Below are positions 48,859 to 59,533 of a stretch of DNA of 64,000 nucleotides, one piece after another. The DNA comes from Candidatus Poribacteria bacterium (GTDB taxonomy: Bacteria; Poribacteria; WGA-4E; WGA-3G). The notes under the pieces are model-generated. The model ran no database searches and was not told the origin of the DNA. It worked only from the letters and a program-made list of their open reading frames with translations. Position 1 is the stretch's first letter; every line of letters starts with the position of its first letter. Both the position numbers and the translations under genes were made by a program. Location: the NCBI GenBank assembly GCA_965197475.1, contig CBDANF010000003.1:256001-320000 (forward strand). The letters run 5' to 3'.

Positions 48859-50376
48859 TTAGGGTAAACCAAGTTTTTCAACGAGAGTTTGGGGATTAGG
48901 GGATAAGTCAAGAGCTTCATTATATTTTCGTGCGATTTCAGGGTTTGCGAGCGAGTTCATATTAACGGTAACGGACTTACCTTTAATCTCAAAGGTAATG
49001 CTGTCCCATTGAACAGTTTTGATTGAGTCCTCAAACTTGTTGAGGGATTTGCCACGGAAATAAGCGCGTGTGTCCAGTGGAGGTGTGTGAGTAGCGGTAT
49101 GGATCTGTTCATCCGTCACAACCCGTTGCATCTGTAATCCGTAGAATAAACCTTCTTCAAGGTTAATGTTATGGTATTCTAAATCAATGCTTTGCAGCCA
49201 AGGATCGTCCCACGCAATTTCTTCTGATTCAACAAAGGTTTCCAGCAACCACTTTTTTGCAACCCAATCAAGTCGGTCTGTAAGAACCATCGGGTCATTT
49301 TCAAGTGCGTCAAGTGTTTCCTCCCACTGTGTTAACACCCAATCGGTGTCGCTATTTTGGTGTGTGAGATGTTTTTGAGCAAGCGCAAGATACTCGCGTT
49401 GATGGTCAATAGCACTAATTATTTTGCCATCAACTTTCTGTAGAATCCATTGATACGTCTGGTCGTGCGAAATCGTTTTGATGGTATCAATCGGGTTTGC
49501 GATTGCGAATGTCGTAGGGATAAGCCGCTGTTCAATCAGGTCAATAACAAGAGCGGTTGTGCCGATCTTGAGTGCCGTGGCATATTCGGACATGTTTGCG
49601 TCACCGACGATTCCGTGAAGTCTGCGGTATGTAGCAGGGTCAGCGTGCGGTTCGTCCCGTGTGTTGACAATAGGACGTTTGTGCATTGTATCCACACTCG
49701 CTTCAACGTGAAAGAAATCCGAGCGTTGTGTGAGTTGGAAATGTCCGGGTGTTGCGAGGCCTGCTTCGGTTTCAATGCCTATCTTACCTGCCCCCGCGAA
49801 AATTTGTCGCGTGACGAAAAACGGCAGGATGCAAGCTTTGAGGTAATCAAAAGGCACTTCGCGCGCCATGAGATAGTTATCGTGGCATCCGTAACTATGC
49901 CCGTAAAAATCAGTATTGTTTTTGTATAGGATGACGCGTTGCCCAAGTTCTTCACTACGGCTTTCAGCACATTTCTGGAGTATCCGTTCACCGGCTTTGT
50001 CGTGTGCGACCAGGTCAAAAAGACTTTGACATTCCGGTGTTGAATATTCCGGATGCGCGTGGTCATTATAAAGCCTGGCACCGTTGATAAGGATGCGGTC
50101 ACTTTTAATCTCCCGAAAGGAACGTCCCGGTTGCTTGGCAAATCGCTCGCGGTCGCGTTTTTCTTCCTCTACTTCATCGGGATGATTATTGAGATGTTTT
50201 GCTCGGAAACCACGTTCATCTCGAAACGGATCTTCGCCATTGTAATCCCAGAGCGGCAAGAACGGGTCGCGCCGATAATTCTTTATCAGATCAATGGATT
50301 CCTTGACGGTATCGATCTGTTCAGCGTTTTCAAGGGTGATGCCGTATTCGGTTTCGATTCCAAAAAGTCTGTGCAT
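48859..50376 (-). CDS. dop: Depupylase/deamidase Dop (PafA2 family)
   Basis: GIETEYG, NGARLYNDHAHPEYSTPEC, YKNNTD, GCHDNYL, RPIVNTRDEPHAD. Confidence 0.9.
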   Translation of the reverse strand: MHRLFGIETEYGITLENAEQIDTVKESIDLIKNYRRDPFLPLWDYNGEDPFRDERGFRAKHLNNHPDEVEEEKRDRERFAKQPGRSFREIKSDRILINGARLYNDHAHPEYSTPECQSLFDLVAHDKAGERILQKCAESRSEELGQRVILYKNNTDFYGHSYGCHDNYLMAREVPFDYLKACILPFFVTRQIFAGAGKIGIETEAGLATPGHFQLTQRSDFFHVEASVDTMHKRPIVNTRDEPHADPATYRRLHGIVGDANMSEYATALKIGTTALVIDLIEQRLIPTTFAIANPIDTIKTISHDQTYQWILQKVDGKIISAIDHQREYLALAQKHLTHQNSDTDWVLTQWEETLDALENDPMVLTDRLDWVAKKWLLETFVESEEIAWDDPWLQSIDLEYHNINLEEGLFYGLQMQRVVTDEQIHTATHTPPLDTRAYFRGKSLNKFEDSIKTVQWDSITFEIKGKSVTVNMNSLANPEIARKYNEALDLSPNPQTLVEKLGLP

Positions 50377-50440
50377 TATTCGCGTCTTTCTATGGTATTC
50401 AGACAGTAATATGATTGAATCTACGGTGAAAGGTGAAGAA

Positions 50441-52222
50441 TTAAATCACTGGGCTCGGTGCTCTCCGAGGCTCCTTCTTTTCAGACTGAATAGGTGTAAT
50501 TTTGACAACATTTACGGGATCATAATCAAGGAGTTTAAGCCAATCCTCAGTAGCCTCTGTCGGTGGGAAAATGTCGTTTTCACTATATTCTGCATTGAGT
50601 GCGTCCAAAAGATCATTTATGGAGATGCCGGTCTCAGTAGTCGGGTCTGCGATTGCTCGTTTCATGGCAGATTCTTTTGCTCTCTGAACAATAGACTCAA
50701 TAATCGCACCACTACAGAGATGACCGCGGTAGAGAATGTCTCGCCTACCATTGCGGAGCGCGACTTCAAGGAATCGGTTTTCAGCTGTTTCGCGATACAT
50801 TTCATCAACGACCTGTGTTATCAAACCGTCAACGACCTCTTCGTCTGCGGTTTCACCCGGTTCCGTTTCAATGGGAAGTTCTGGGGTTAGGTAGATACTG
50901 AAAATATCCTTGGCAGCGTCTTTATTCGGACGAGTTACTTTGATTTTTCTGTCAATTCGTCCCGGACGAAGGACAGCCGGATCAATTAAGTCGGGTCTGT
51001 TGGTTGCCAAAATGATGACAACCTCTTGCAACGGCTCAATACCGTCCATTTCTGCACAGAACATCGGTACGAGTGTGTTAGAGATACTATGTGACCGCAT
51101 AGCGCGGCGGGTTCCCAAAATGGATTCTGCTTCATCAATAAAGACAAATGCCAGTTTGCCTTCAGCGCGTTTTTCTCGTGCTGCCTGAAAGATTTCTCTG
51201 ACCTTCCGCTCCGATTCACCCAACCACATATTGAGAATTTCAGGACCTTTAATATGAAGAAAGGTGCCTTCAATCTCTTCTCCTGTCTCTGTTTTGAGGC
51301 GTTCGGTTAAGTTGTAAGCAGTCGCTTTTCCAATAAGGGTTTTACCGCAACCGGGAGGACCGTGGAGAAGAAACCCTTTCGGTACAGTATACTGAAACCG
51401 CTTGAAAAGTTTAGGATGCAAAATTGGTTGTTCAATAGTATTCTTAATTCGCTGGATAGTTTCGTCAAGTCCGCCAATCTTCGTCCATGGAATTTGCGGC
51501 ACTGCTTCAAGCGCGTAGTCGTTGTGTTCTTTTGAGGCGATCCGTTCAATGGCAACTTTTAAACTGGCATCAAGGCGGACTTCGTCACCGGACTTTAACT
51601 TGACATCTGCCAGGTCGGCAGCGCGTTCTATAATAACGGATTGAAGACTCGGTTCAGACCCAACGCGTAGCCTGCCATCAGGAAGGACCTCGGCAATTTT
51701 AGCAATTGGTCCCGATTCTGTATAGCCAAGTTCCCCCACAACAACAAAAGCTTCGTTAAGGAGCACGCTAACACCTTTTTTGAGGTTTTTTGTGTCTAAT
51801 TGCTGGTCAACATTAGCATAGTATTCGGAGCCGCTAACAGTGACGCGCGCTGTATCGTCTTTGGGTATTGCGAGAAGAGTTCCAATGCGGTTTGCTGGTT
51901 CAGTCAGTTTATCAATTTGTTCTACCATCTCATCGCGTATGCGGATTGCTTCCTGCTCAACGGCTCGGACCCTTTGCCGAAATTCACCTTCATCATTGAT
52001 GATGGAGCGGCGCAGTTCTACTAACATCCGTCGTCTACGGTCTTCCACAGGAGTTTCTGAGATGATGAGATGAATCAGTCGCAGGGAATAGCCGGAACTT
52101 GCCTTGTCTTCATCAATATTCTCATCTTCATCCTCATCCAGTTCCAACTCATCCTCGTCTTCAAAAAAATCATGCTCGTCGGGACCCACGCCAACATCGC
52201 TAAACGTCTTCTTATCGTACAT
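50441..52222 (-). CDS. arc: Proteasome-associated AAA ATPase ARC/Mpa
   Basis: Coiled coil and OB regions, Walker A GPPGCGKT, KGPEILNMWLGESER, Walker B FIDE, ATNRPDLIDPAVLRPGRID; GAGGAG before ATG 52222. Confidence 0.92.
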   Translation of the reverse strand: MYDKKTFSDVGVGPDEHDFFEDEDELELDEDEDENIDEDKASSGYSLRLIHLIISETPVEDRRRRMLVELRRSIINDEGEFRQRVRAVEQEAIRIRDEMVEQIDKLTEPANRIGTLLAIPKDDTARVTVSGSEYYANVDQQLDTKNLKKGVSVLLNEAFVVVGELGYTESGPIAKIAEVLPDGRLRVGSEPSLQSVIIERAADLADVKLKSGDEVRLDASLKVAIERIASKEHNDYALEAVPQIPWTKIGGLDETIQRIKNTIEQPILHPKLFKRFQYTVPKGFLLHGPPGCGKTLIGKATAYNLTERLKTETGEEIEGTFLHIKGPEILNMWLGESERKVREIFQAAREKRAEGKLAFVFIDEAESILGTRRAMRSHSISNTLVPMFCAEMDGIEPLQEVVIILATNRPDLIDPAVLRPGRIDRKIKVTRPNKDAAKDIFSIYLTPELPIETEPGETADEEVVDGLITQVVDEMYRETAENRFLEVALRNGRRDILYRGHLCSGAIIESIVQRAKESAMKRAIADPTTETGISINDLLDALNAEYSENDIFPPTEATEDWLKLLDYDPVNVVKITPIQSEKKEPRRAPSPVI

Positions 52223-52729
52223 TGTGAACGTCTCCTCATACAGAAGGGGTGACTTTACGATAGTTTTTACCACATTCTAATCTATTTTGCTAATTTTATC
52301 GCATGTTAGCAAATGTAATCAACGATTCTTGATTTTTTAGCAGATTCTGCTAAAAAGTTGACTCAACTGCGGTAATTGTCATTAGTTTAACATATTTCTA
52401 AAATCGATGCAAGTTAAATAGTTGGTTGTTTCGCAATAGTTGGTTGTTTCGCAAATTTGTTCTGCCTGTAATCCTTATCTGTCTTAAAATGTAAAAGAGA
52501 CCATCGTAAAGTTTGTGCAGTTTATCATGTATTATTATACGATGCAAGTTAAAAGGACTTTTTAACTTGGTTTTTGTTGCGATTTACGGAGTTTTTTGGA
52601 GACAAGTGATAAGAGACGCACAATGAATTGCGCGACGACAAACGCAGCAGCCTAAAAGATAAGGGCCCGTGAAGCGCGTCACTAACCTATGGTGAAAGAT
52701 CAAAAATTATAAACACACCTCATTTAATT

Positions 52730-52759
52730 TTGACAAGCCACCCTTTATTATAGTATAAT
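52730..52759 (+). promoter_or_regulatory. sigma70 promoter of rplM-rpsI
   Basis: TTGACA-N18-TATAAT. Confidence 0.6.
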
Positions 52760-52822
52760 ACATTATGCATGTGAGCAAATAACATTTGGAAATGTCAGCA
52801 TTTCCCGAAAAGGTCAAGAATT

Positions 52823-53260
52823 ATGGTATTGAAAACGAAAACCTATTTTCCTAAATCCGATAAAGAGATTAAGTGGTACGTCGTGGATGCGCAAGGGCAA
52901 GTGCTCGGACGTTTAGCATCCCGAATCGCACAAGTATTGAGAGGGAAACACGACCCCGGTTTTACACCCCACGCGGATTTAGGGTATCGTGTTGCTGTGA
53001 TTAACGCCAAAAAAGTTGTTGTCACCGGAAATAAGAGTGAGCAGAAGACTTATTTCCGACATAGCGGTTATCCTGGTGGTGATAGATATCGAACGTTCAA
53101 TGAACAGATGAAACGCAGTCCTGAATTTATTATCACAGCTGCAGTCAAGGGGATGGTGCCCAAGAATCATCTCGGTGCAAAATTGATGAAGGGATTAAAG
53201 GTTTACGCAGGTCCAAACCACCCACACCAAGCACAGGAACCGGAAGTCTTAACATTTTAA
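52823..53260 (+). CDS. rplM: 50S ribosomal protein L13
   Basis: WYVVDA..LGRLAS..LRGKH, HSGYPGG, HPHQAQ. Confidence 0.98.
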   Translation: MVLKTKTYFPKSDKEIKWYVVDAQGQVLGRLASRIAQVLRGKHDPGFTPHADLGYRVAVINAKKVVVTGNKSEQKTYFRHSGYPGGDRYRTFNEQMKRSPEFIITAAVKGMVPKNHLGAKLMKGLKVYAGPNHPHQAQEPEVLTF

Positions 53261-53282
53261 TATTTTAACAGTTGAGGAAAAT

Positions 53283-55044
<1,762 letters not shown>

Positions 55045-55115
55045 CGGTGCGGGACAACACTATCCTACCACGGCAACTTGCCACAGTTAGTTTTTCTGGT
55101 TTTTTGCATTTTAAT

Positions 55116-55144
55116 TTGACATTTGCCAAGAATGGTTGTATCAT
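55116..55144 (+). promoter_or_regulatory. sigma70 promoter of the tRNA pair
   Basis: TTGACA-N17-TATCAT. Confidence 0.65.
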
Positions 55145-55160
55145 TATATATTGTGAATTT

Positions 55161-55233
55161 GAGCCGTTAGCTCAGCAGGTAGAGCATCTGACTTTTAATC
55201 AGGTGGTCACAGGTTCGATTCCTGTACGGCTCA
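55161..55233 (+). tRNA. tRNA-Lys(TTT)
   Basis: Acceptor GAGCCGT/ACGGCTC, anticodon arm CTGA-CTTTTAA-TCAG, GTTCGA T-loop; CCA not encoded. Confidence 0.96.
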
Positions 55234-55252
55234 TTTAATTTTGTTTCTATAT

Positions 55253-55327
55253 GCCCCTGTCGTCTAGCCTGGCCAAGGACACCGCCCTTTCACGGCGGCG
55301 ACACGAGTTCAAATCTCGTCGGGGGTA
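55253..55327 (+). tRNA. tRNA-Glu(TTC)
   Basis: Acceptor GCCCCTG/CGGGGGT, anticodon arm CCGCC-CTTTCAC-GGCGG, GTTCAA T-loop; CCA not encoded. Confidence 0.96.
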
Positions 55328-55337
55328 TTTGAAAAAG

Positions 55338-55369
55338 AAAACCAACCCTATATTGTGGGTTGGTTTTTT
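55338..55369 (+). terminator. Intrinsic terminator, probably bidirectional
   Basis: AAAACCAACCC-loop-GGGTTGGTTTTTT between the tRNAs and the convergent ferredoxin gene. Confidence 0.8.
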
Positions 55370-55444
55370 GTTTATAGTAATATCTAAAAATACCTTCGTA
55401 TTTTCTTTGTATTAACGTATGAATTCAAGAGATATAGGTGAATA

Positions 55445-55903
55445 TCAATCTGCAGCCTCAGCAAGCTCCAACAACACTGGCGATTCGACTCGGATAGCGT
55501 CTTTGATACAGACCTCTTCACAAAGCAGGCAGCCGACACAATCCTTTGGTTTAACAAGTTCGCAGATACCAAAGAAACTATCGGCATGTTCATTTGTTAC
55601 CGGATCTTTTATTTCAAGGCACTCCCACGGGCAGATTTGTACACAGAAATCGCACCCAGAGCATAACTCCTCATAAATAACAGCGATGGGGCGATGCGTG
55701 AGACGAGGGATAAATTTACACACTTCCCCGAATTGGTCATGAATCGCTTCCACGGGACAGACCATGCCGCATGCGCCACAATCAATGCATACATCGGGAT
55801 CAATGATGTGTAATTTATTGCGATCACCAGTAATTGCATCAACCGGACATTTACATAAACACTGCAGGCATCCGATGCATTCGTCAGTTATAAAATACGC
55901 CAT
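55445..55903 (-). CDS. Polyferredoxin with four CxxCxxCxxxC motifs
   Basis: CIGCLQCLCKCP, CIDCGACGMVCP, CSGCDFCVQICP, CVGCLLCEEVC; GGAGG RBS. Confidence 0.9.
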   Translation of the reverse strand: MAYFITDECIGCLQCLCKCPVDAITGDRNKLHIIDPDVCIDCGACGMVCPVEAIHDQFGEVCKFIPRLTHRPIAVIYEELCSGCDFCVQICPWECLEIKDPVTNEHADSFFGICELVKPKDCVGCLLCEEVCIKDAIRVESPVLLELAEAAD

Positions 55904-55929
55904 AACAGTTATACCTCCTATGTTCTATT

Positions 55930-58362
55930 TTAGCACAACCCAAGATGTGTAACAACAAGCTTTTCTAACCTTGCACTCCATATTTCAGGTGAATGCACCT
56001 TCCCGTGTCGTGCATCAATGACTTTTCCATCAGTATCAATGAGTATGAAGGCAGGTAGCTTAACTTTACGGGTTCCTGGACCCGATCCGAATCCGAACTG
56101 ATCAGCCAATGCAGCTTGCTGTCCATCAGCATCAGCATAGATATACTGTCCTTGACGGTTTTCCCTGCGAACTACATCGCGCAATGCTTCTGCGTCCCTC
56201 CATCCACCAACATTGACACCAATTACCTCAAATCTATTATTGTGATGTTTTTTGTAAAGTGTGTCAATGTCCGTGAGTTCTTGTTCATTGTGTATGTAAC
56301 CAAAATGGAGTAGGACAACTTTCCCACGAAATGCAGAGGCTGAAATAGGATTTCCATCAACATCAACTGCAGAAAAATCTGGAATCACGTTACCTATGCG
56401 TGCGATATCTGTCCACTTCACAAGTTGTCCAAGTTGTTCTCCTCTTGTACCTACTGAGATGATCTTCCCATCTCTATCAATGAGCCACTGTGAAGGCACA
56501 CTATTAATACCGAAAAACTGTGCGAGTTCGCTTTTCCATCCTTTTCCATCATAGATTTGGGGCCACGGTATCTCATGTTCCTCAATGTATTCGCGTAGTT
56601 CTGTTTCATTCTCATCCAGACTCACACCGATAACATCAAAACCATCTTTGTGATGGTTCTCGTATACCTTTTTGAGATAAGGAATTTCTGGCGCGCAGAA
56701 ACCACACCATTTCGCACAAAAATTAAGAACCAACATTTTGCCATGGTAATCCGAGACCGATACAGGTGTGCCATCAATAGCAACCGCAGAAAAATCGGGA
56801 AGTTGCTTCCCAACCCATGCATCTTGTTTCCATCTAAATTCAGGATGAGGTTCCCACGGATATTTTTGTGCTAATTCGGTTTCTCCCAACGTTTCATAGA
56901 CATCCCCAAGTCCGCGTAGGGCATACCAATCGTCTGGTTCAACATTAAGTCGTTGCTGAAATGCATGTTGCATTTGCTCAATCAAGGGTTTACATTTTGC
57001 AATAAGTTCGGCATTTGCATCAGAATTCCTCATCAGATTCCGATAGATATGGCACGGTGTTCTGCCTACCTCTTTATAAAGTTTTGTCAACCAACCGGAC
57101 AATTCCGATTCACCTTGCTGCTTTGCTCTTTCAAACATTCTCTCAAGGGCAGTAAGTGTCAGTTTAAACAATGGATCAAAGGGGCCATCATAATGACTAA
57201 CTGCAAAAAAACATGTTTCAGCATCTTTGGGAGCCAACGTCATGGCTTGTTCAAGGAAGGTAAGGTCACTATCCGATTCTCCATGACGGACACGTTTACC
57301 CTCCCACACAATGATTACTAACATTTTCACAGCAGCACCGTTTTCAGGTTGTGTTTCAAGTGCCTCTTCAACGAATTCACGTAGTTCCAGATGCATCGCT
57401 TCAGGAAAATTTGAGATGTGCTCTTGAAGTTGTGCTGGCAGCGTTGTTTTACCATCAACAACCCCTGCTTTAATCTTTGTTTTGAAATACTCCAGAAGTT
57501 GTTCTTGATCTTTCTCTGTGAGTCTTCTTGGCGGTGCATGTTTACGGTTTTCAAACGATTTTAGATACGCGTCCCATATATCGGTATGATCGGATATCGC
57601 ATCGACTAAGTCTTGTTGATCCTCCGATTGTTGTCCCAAATTTTTCCGAAATGCAGCCTTTTCCATAGGAACCAAATCTCTACACTTCTTTATCAGGGAA
57701 TTATATCTATCAATTTTCGGACTACTTCCATCAGAACGTGATGAATTTTGAAGGTTATCCGTAAGGTCCCTAAGTCCATCTTTAAGGTGCTTATAAACTG
57801 TGTAGGGGGTTATCCTATGCTGCCAATAGAATGACCTTGCCTCCTGATAACGAGCAGTGTCGTCTTGTTGCGCTGCCCAAGTATATAAGTTTTCAAGTGC
57901 CATGAGAACTTTTTCTCGGTCCGCGATGCCACCGAAAAATCCGCCATTGCATCTATATCTGTCTATCACAACCAAATTCATACACGGGTCTTTCGGTATT
58001 AGCGACATTGACTCATCCACATGTGGATCATTTTTTAAATCCCAGTCTGAAATTTCCACAATTGTGCAAAGTAAGGCTGCTGCGCCATTTTTCGGATCAG
58101 ATTTAAGAAAACTATCGGCTAACGCTCGTAATTTTGGCAGCATCTCTTTTGGAAATCGCCAAAAGTAATTGTGGATACCAGGGGGAAGTGTTGTTACTCC
58201 ATCCGAGACACCTTCTTCAATTTTCGTTTTGATGTAAGCGAGGAGTTTTTCTTGCGTTTCCTCGTCTAATTCTGATATGCCACTACTTGATGAGAGTCCA
58301 AAATTGTAAAGTGAATTGATGAACGTATACCAGAAATCCGTAGAATCGTATTTTTCGAACAT
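55930..58362 (-). CDS. Redoxin (TlpA/AhpC-TSA-like) protein: duplicated helical N-terminal domain plus two thioredoxin-like domains
   Basis: PDFSA..DG.P.S.S...GK occurs twice; first domain has WCGFC and the cis-Pro SVP; second lacks CxxC. Confidence 0.85.
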   Translation of the reverse strand: MFEKYDSTDFWYTFINSLYNFGLSSSSGISELDEETQEKLLAYIKTKIEEGVSDGVTTLPPGIHNYFWRFPKEMLPKLRALADSFLKSDPKNGAAALLCTIVEISDWDLKNDPHVDESMSLIPKDPCMNLVVIDRYRCNGGFFGGIADREKVLMALENLYTWAAQQDDTARYQEARSFYWQHRITPYTVYKHLKDGLRDLTDNLQNSSRSDGSSPKIDRYNSLIKKCRDLVPMEKAAFRKNLGQQSEDQQDLVDAISDHTDIWDAYLKSFENRKHAPPRRLTEKDQEQLLEYFKTKIKAGVVDGKTTLPAQLQEHISNFPEAMHLELREFVEEALETQPENGAAVKMLVIIVWEGKRVRHGESDSDLTFLEQAMTLAPKDAETCFFAVSHYDGPFDPLFKLTLTALERMFERAKQQGESELSGWLTKLYKEVGRTPCHIYRNLMRNSDANAELIAKCKPLIEQMQHAFQQRLNVEPDDWYALRGLGDVYETLGETELAQKYPWEPHPEFRWKQDAWVGKQLPDFSAVAIDGTPVSVSDYHGKMLVLNFCAKWCGFCAPEIPYLKKVYENHHKDGFDVIGVSLDENETELREYIEEHEIPWPQIYDGKGWKSELAQFFGINSVPSQWLIDRDGKIISVGTRGEQLGQLVKWTDIARIGNVIPDFSAVDVDGNPISASAFRGKVVLLHFGYIHNEQELTDIDTLYKKHHNNRFEVIGVNVGGWRDAEALRDVVRRENRQGQYIYADADGQQAALADQFGFGSGPGTRKVKLPAFILIDTDGKVIDARHGKVHSPEIWSARLEKLVVTHLGLC

Positions 58363-58588
58363 AATTTTCTCCGAGGCGGATATTCAATTAGGATGCCTTT
58401 AGTATAAATTAGTATAATGTTTTAACTTTTGTGTGTCCAGTGAATATTTACATCTTTTGATAAAAACGAGGGTGTTGTCTAACGAGTGATATAGCGTAGT
58501 TCTTATGGTTGGAACTGGCACCTATACCAAATTAGTTGTTAAGACAACACCTTTAGTTTTTAACTGACAGGTAGTCACTTGATGCTAT

Positions 58589-58852
58589 TTACTGAAAATA
58601 TGCAGCGTTAATCTCTGTGAAATGTTCCCATTCTTCCGGCACATCTTCTTCCATGAAGATAGCCTCAACAGGACATTCTGGCTCACATACACCACAATCG
58701 ATGCATTCTTCTGGATCAATGTAGAGCATGTCTACCCCTTCAAATTCATCAGGTGCATCTGTTGGATGTGGGTGAATACAATCCACAGGACAGACATCAA
58801 CACAAGAGCTGTCTTTTTCGTCAATGCAGGGTTCGCAAATTACATAGGTCAT
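58589..58852 (-). CDS. FdxA-type (7Fe-like) ferredoxin, copy 3
   Basis: MTYVICEPC...CVDVCPVDCI...CIDCGVCEPECPVEAI. Confidence 0.93.
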   Translation of the reverse strand: MTYVICEPCIDEKDSSCVDVCPVDCIHPHPTDAPDEFEGVDMLYIDPEECIDCGVCEPECPVEAIFMEEDVPEEWEHFTEINAAYFQ

Positions 58853-58893
58853 TTTGTTATTCTCCTTTTGTTTTAATCGGAAAGGTTATCAGG

Positions 58894-59175
58894 TTAAATA
58901 CTGAGTTGTTGTTTATTGAAATAATCAGCGTTTTTTTCAATGAAACGTTCCCATTCCTCCGGCACATCTTCATCAAAAAAGATAGCCTCAACAGGGCATT
59001 CAGGTTCACACACGCCACATTCAATGCATGTTTCTGGATCAATGAAGAGTTGATTTACCCCTTCATAGTCATCGGATTCATGCATTGGATTTGGGCGTAT
59101 GGAATCACAAGGGCAAATATCAACACAAGTGCTGTCTTTTACATCAACGCAGGGTTCACAAATTACATACGTCAT
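58894..59175 (-). CDS. FdxA-type ferredoxin, copy 2
   Basis: MTYVICEPC...CVDICPCDSI...CIECGVCEPECPVEAI. Confidence 0.93.
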   Translation of the reverse strand: MTYVICEPCVDVKDSTCVDICPCDSIRPNPMHESDDYEGVNQLFIDPETCIECGVCEPECPVEAIFFDEDVPEEWERFIEKNADYFNKQQLSI

Positions 59176-59230
59176 TTGTTATTTCTCCTTTTATTATATT
59201 CTGTTCGGCTAAATTGTCAATTGTTATTTT

Positions 59231-59494
59231 TTATTGAAAATAATCAGCGTTGATTTCTATAAAATGTTCCCATTCTTCTGGAACTTCATCTTCAATGAAG
59301 ATAGCTTCAACTGGACATTCATGTTCGCATATAGCACAATCAATGCATTCTTCTGGGTCAATATAGAGTTGGTTTACCTCTTCAAATTCGTCGGGATTGT
59401 TTGTCGGATGTGGGTGAATGCAATCCACAGGACAAGGGTCAACACAAGCACTGTCTTTTACATCAATGCAGGGTTCGCAAATTACATAGGTCAT
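59231..59494 (-). CDS. FdxA-type ferredoxin, copy 1
   Basis: MTYVICEPC...CVDPCPVDCI...CIDCAICEHECPVEAI. Confidence 0.93.
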   Translation of the reverse strand: MTYVICEPCIDVKDSACVDPCPVDCIHPHPTNNPDEFEEVNQLYIDPEECIDCAICEHECPVEAIFIEDEVPEEWEHFIEINADYFQ

Positions 59495-59533
59495 TTTAGA
59501 ATTCCTCCTTTATGTGTAAGTTGTCTTTTCATG

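Noticed and set aside
52417-52454. 18-bp direct repeat as a possible CRISPR remnant
   Set aside because: Only two abutting copies, no spacer and no cas genes; no CRISPR array was seen anywhere in the window
58471-58551. GGTGTTGTCT/AGACAACACC inverted repeat between the ferredoxins and the redoxin as a riboswitch
   Set aside because: Only a 10-bp stem with no known riboswitch consensus; it may be a terminator or a repeat remnant
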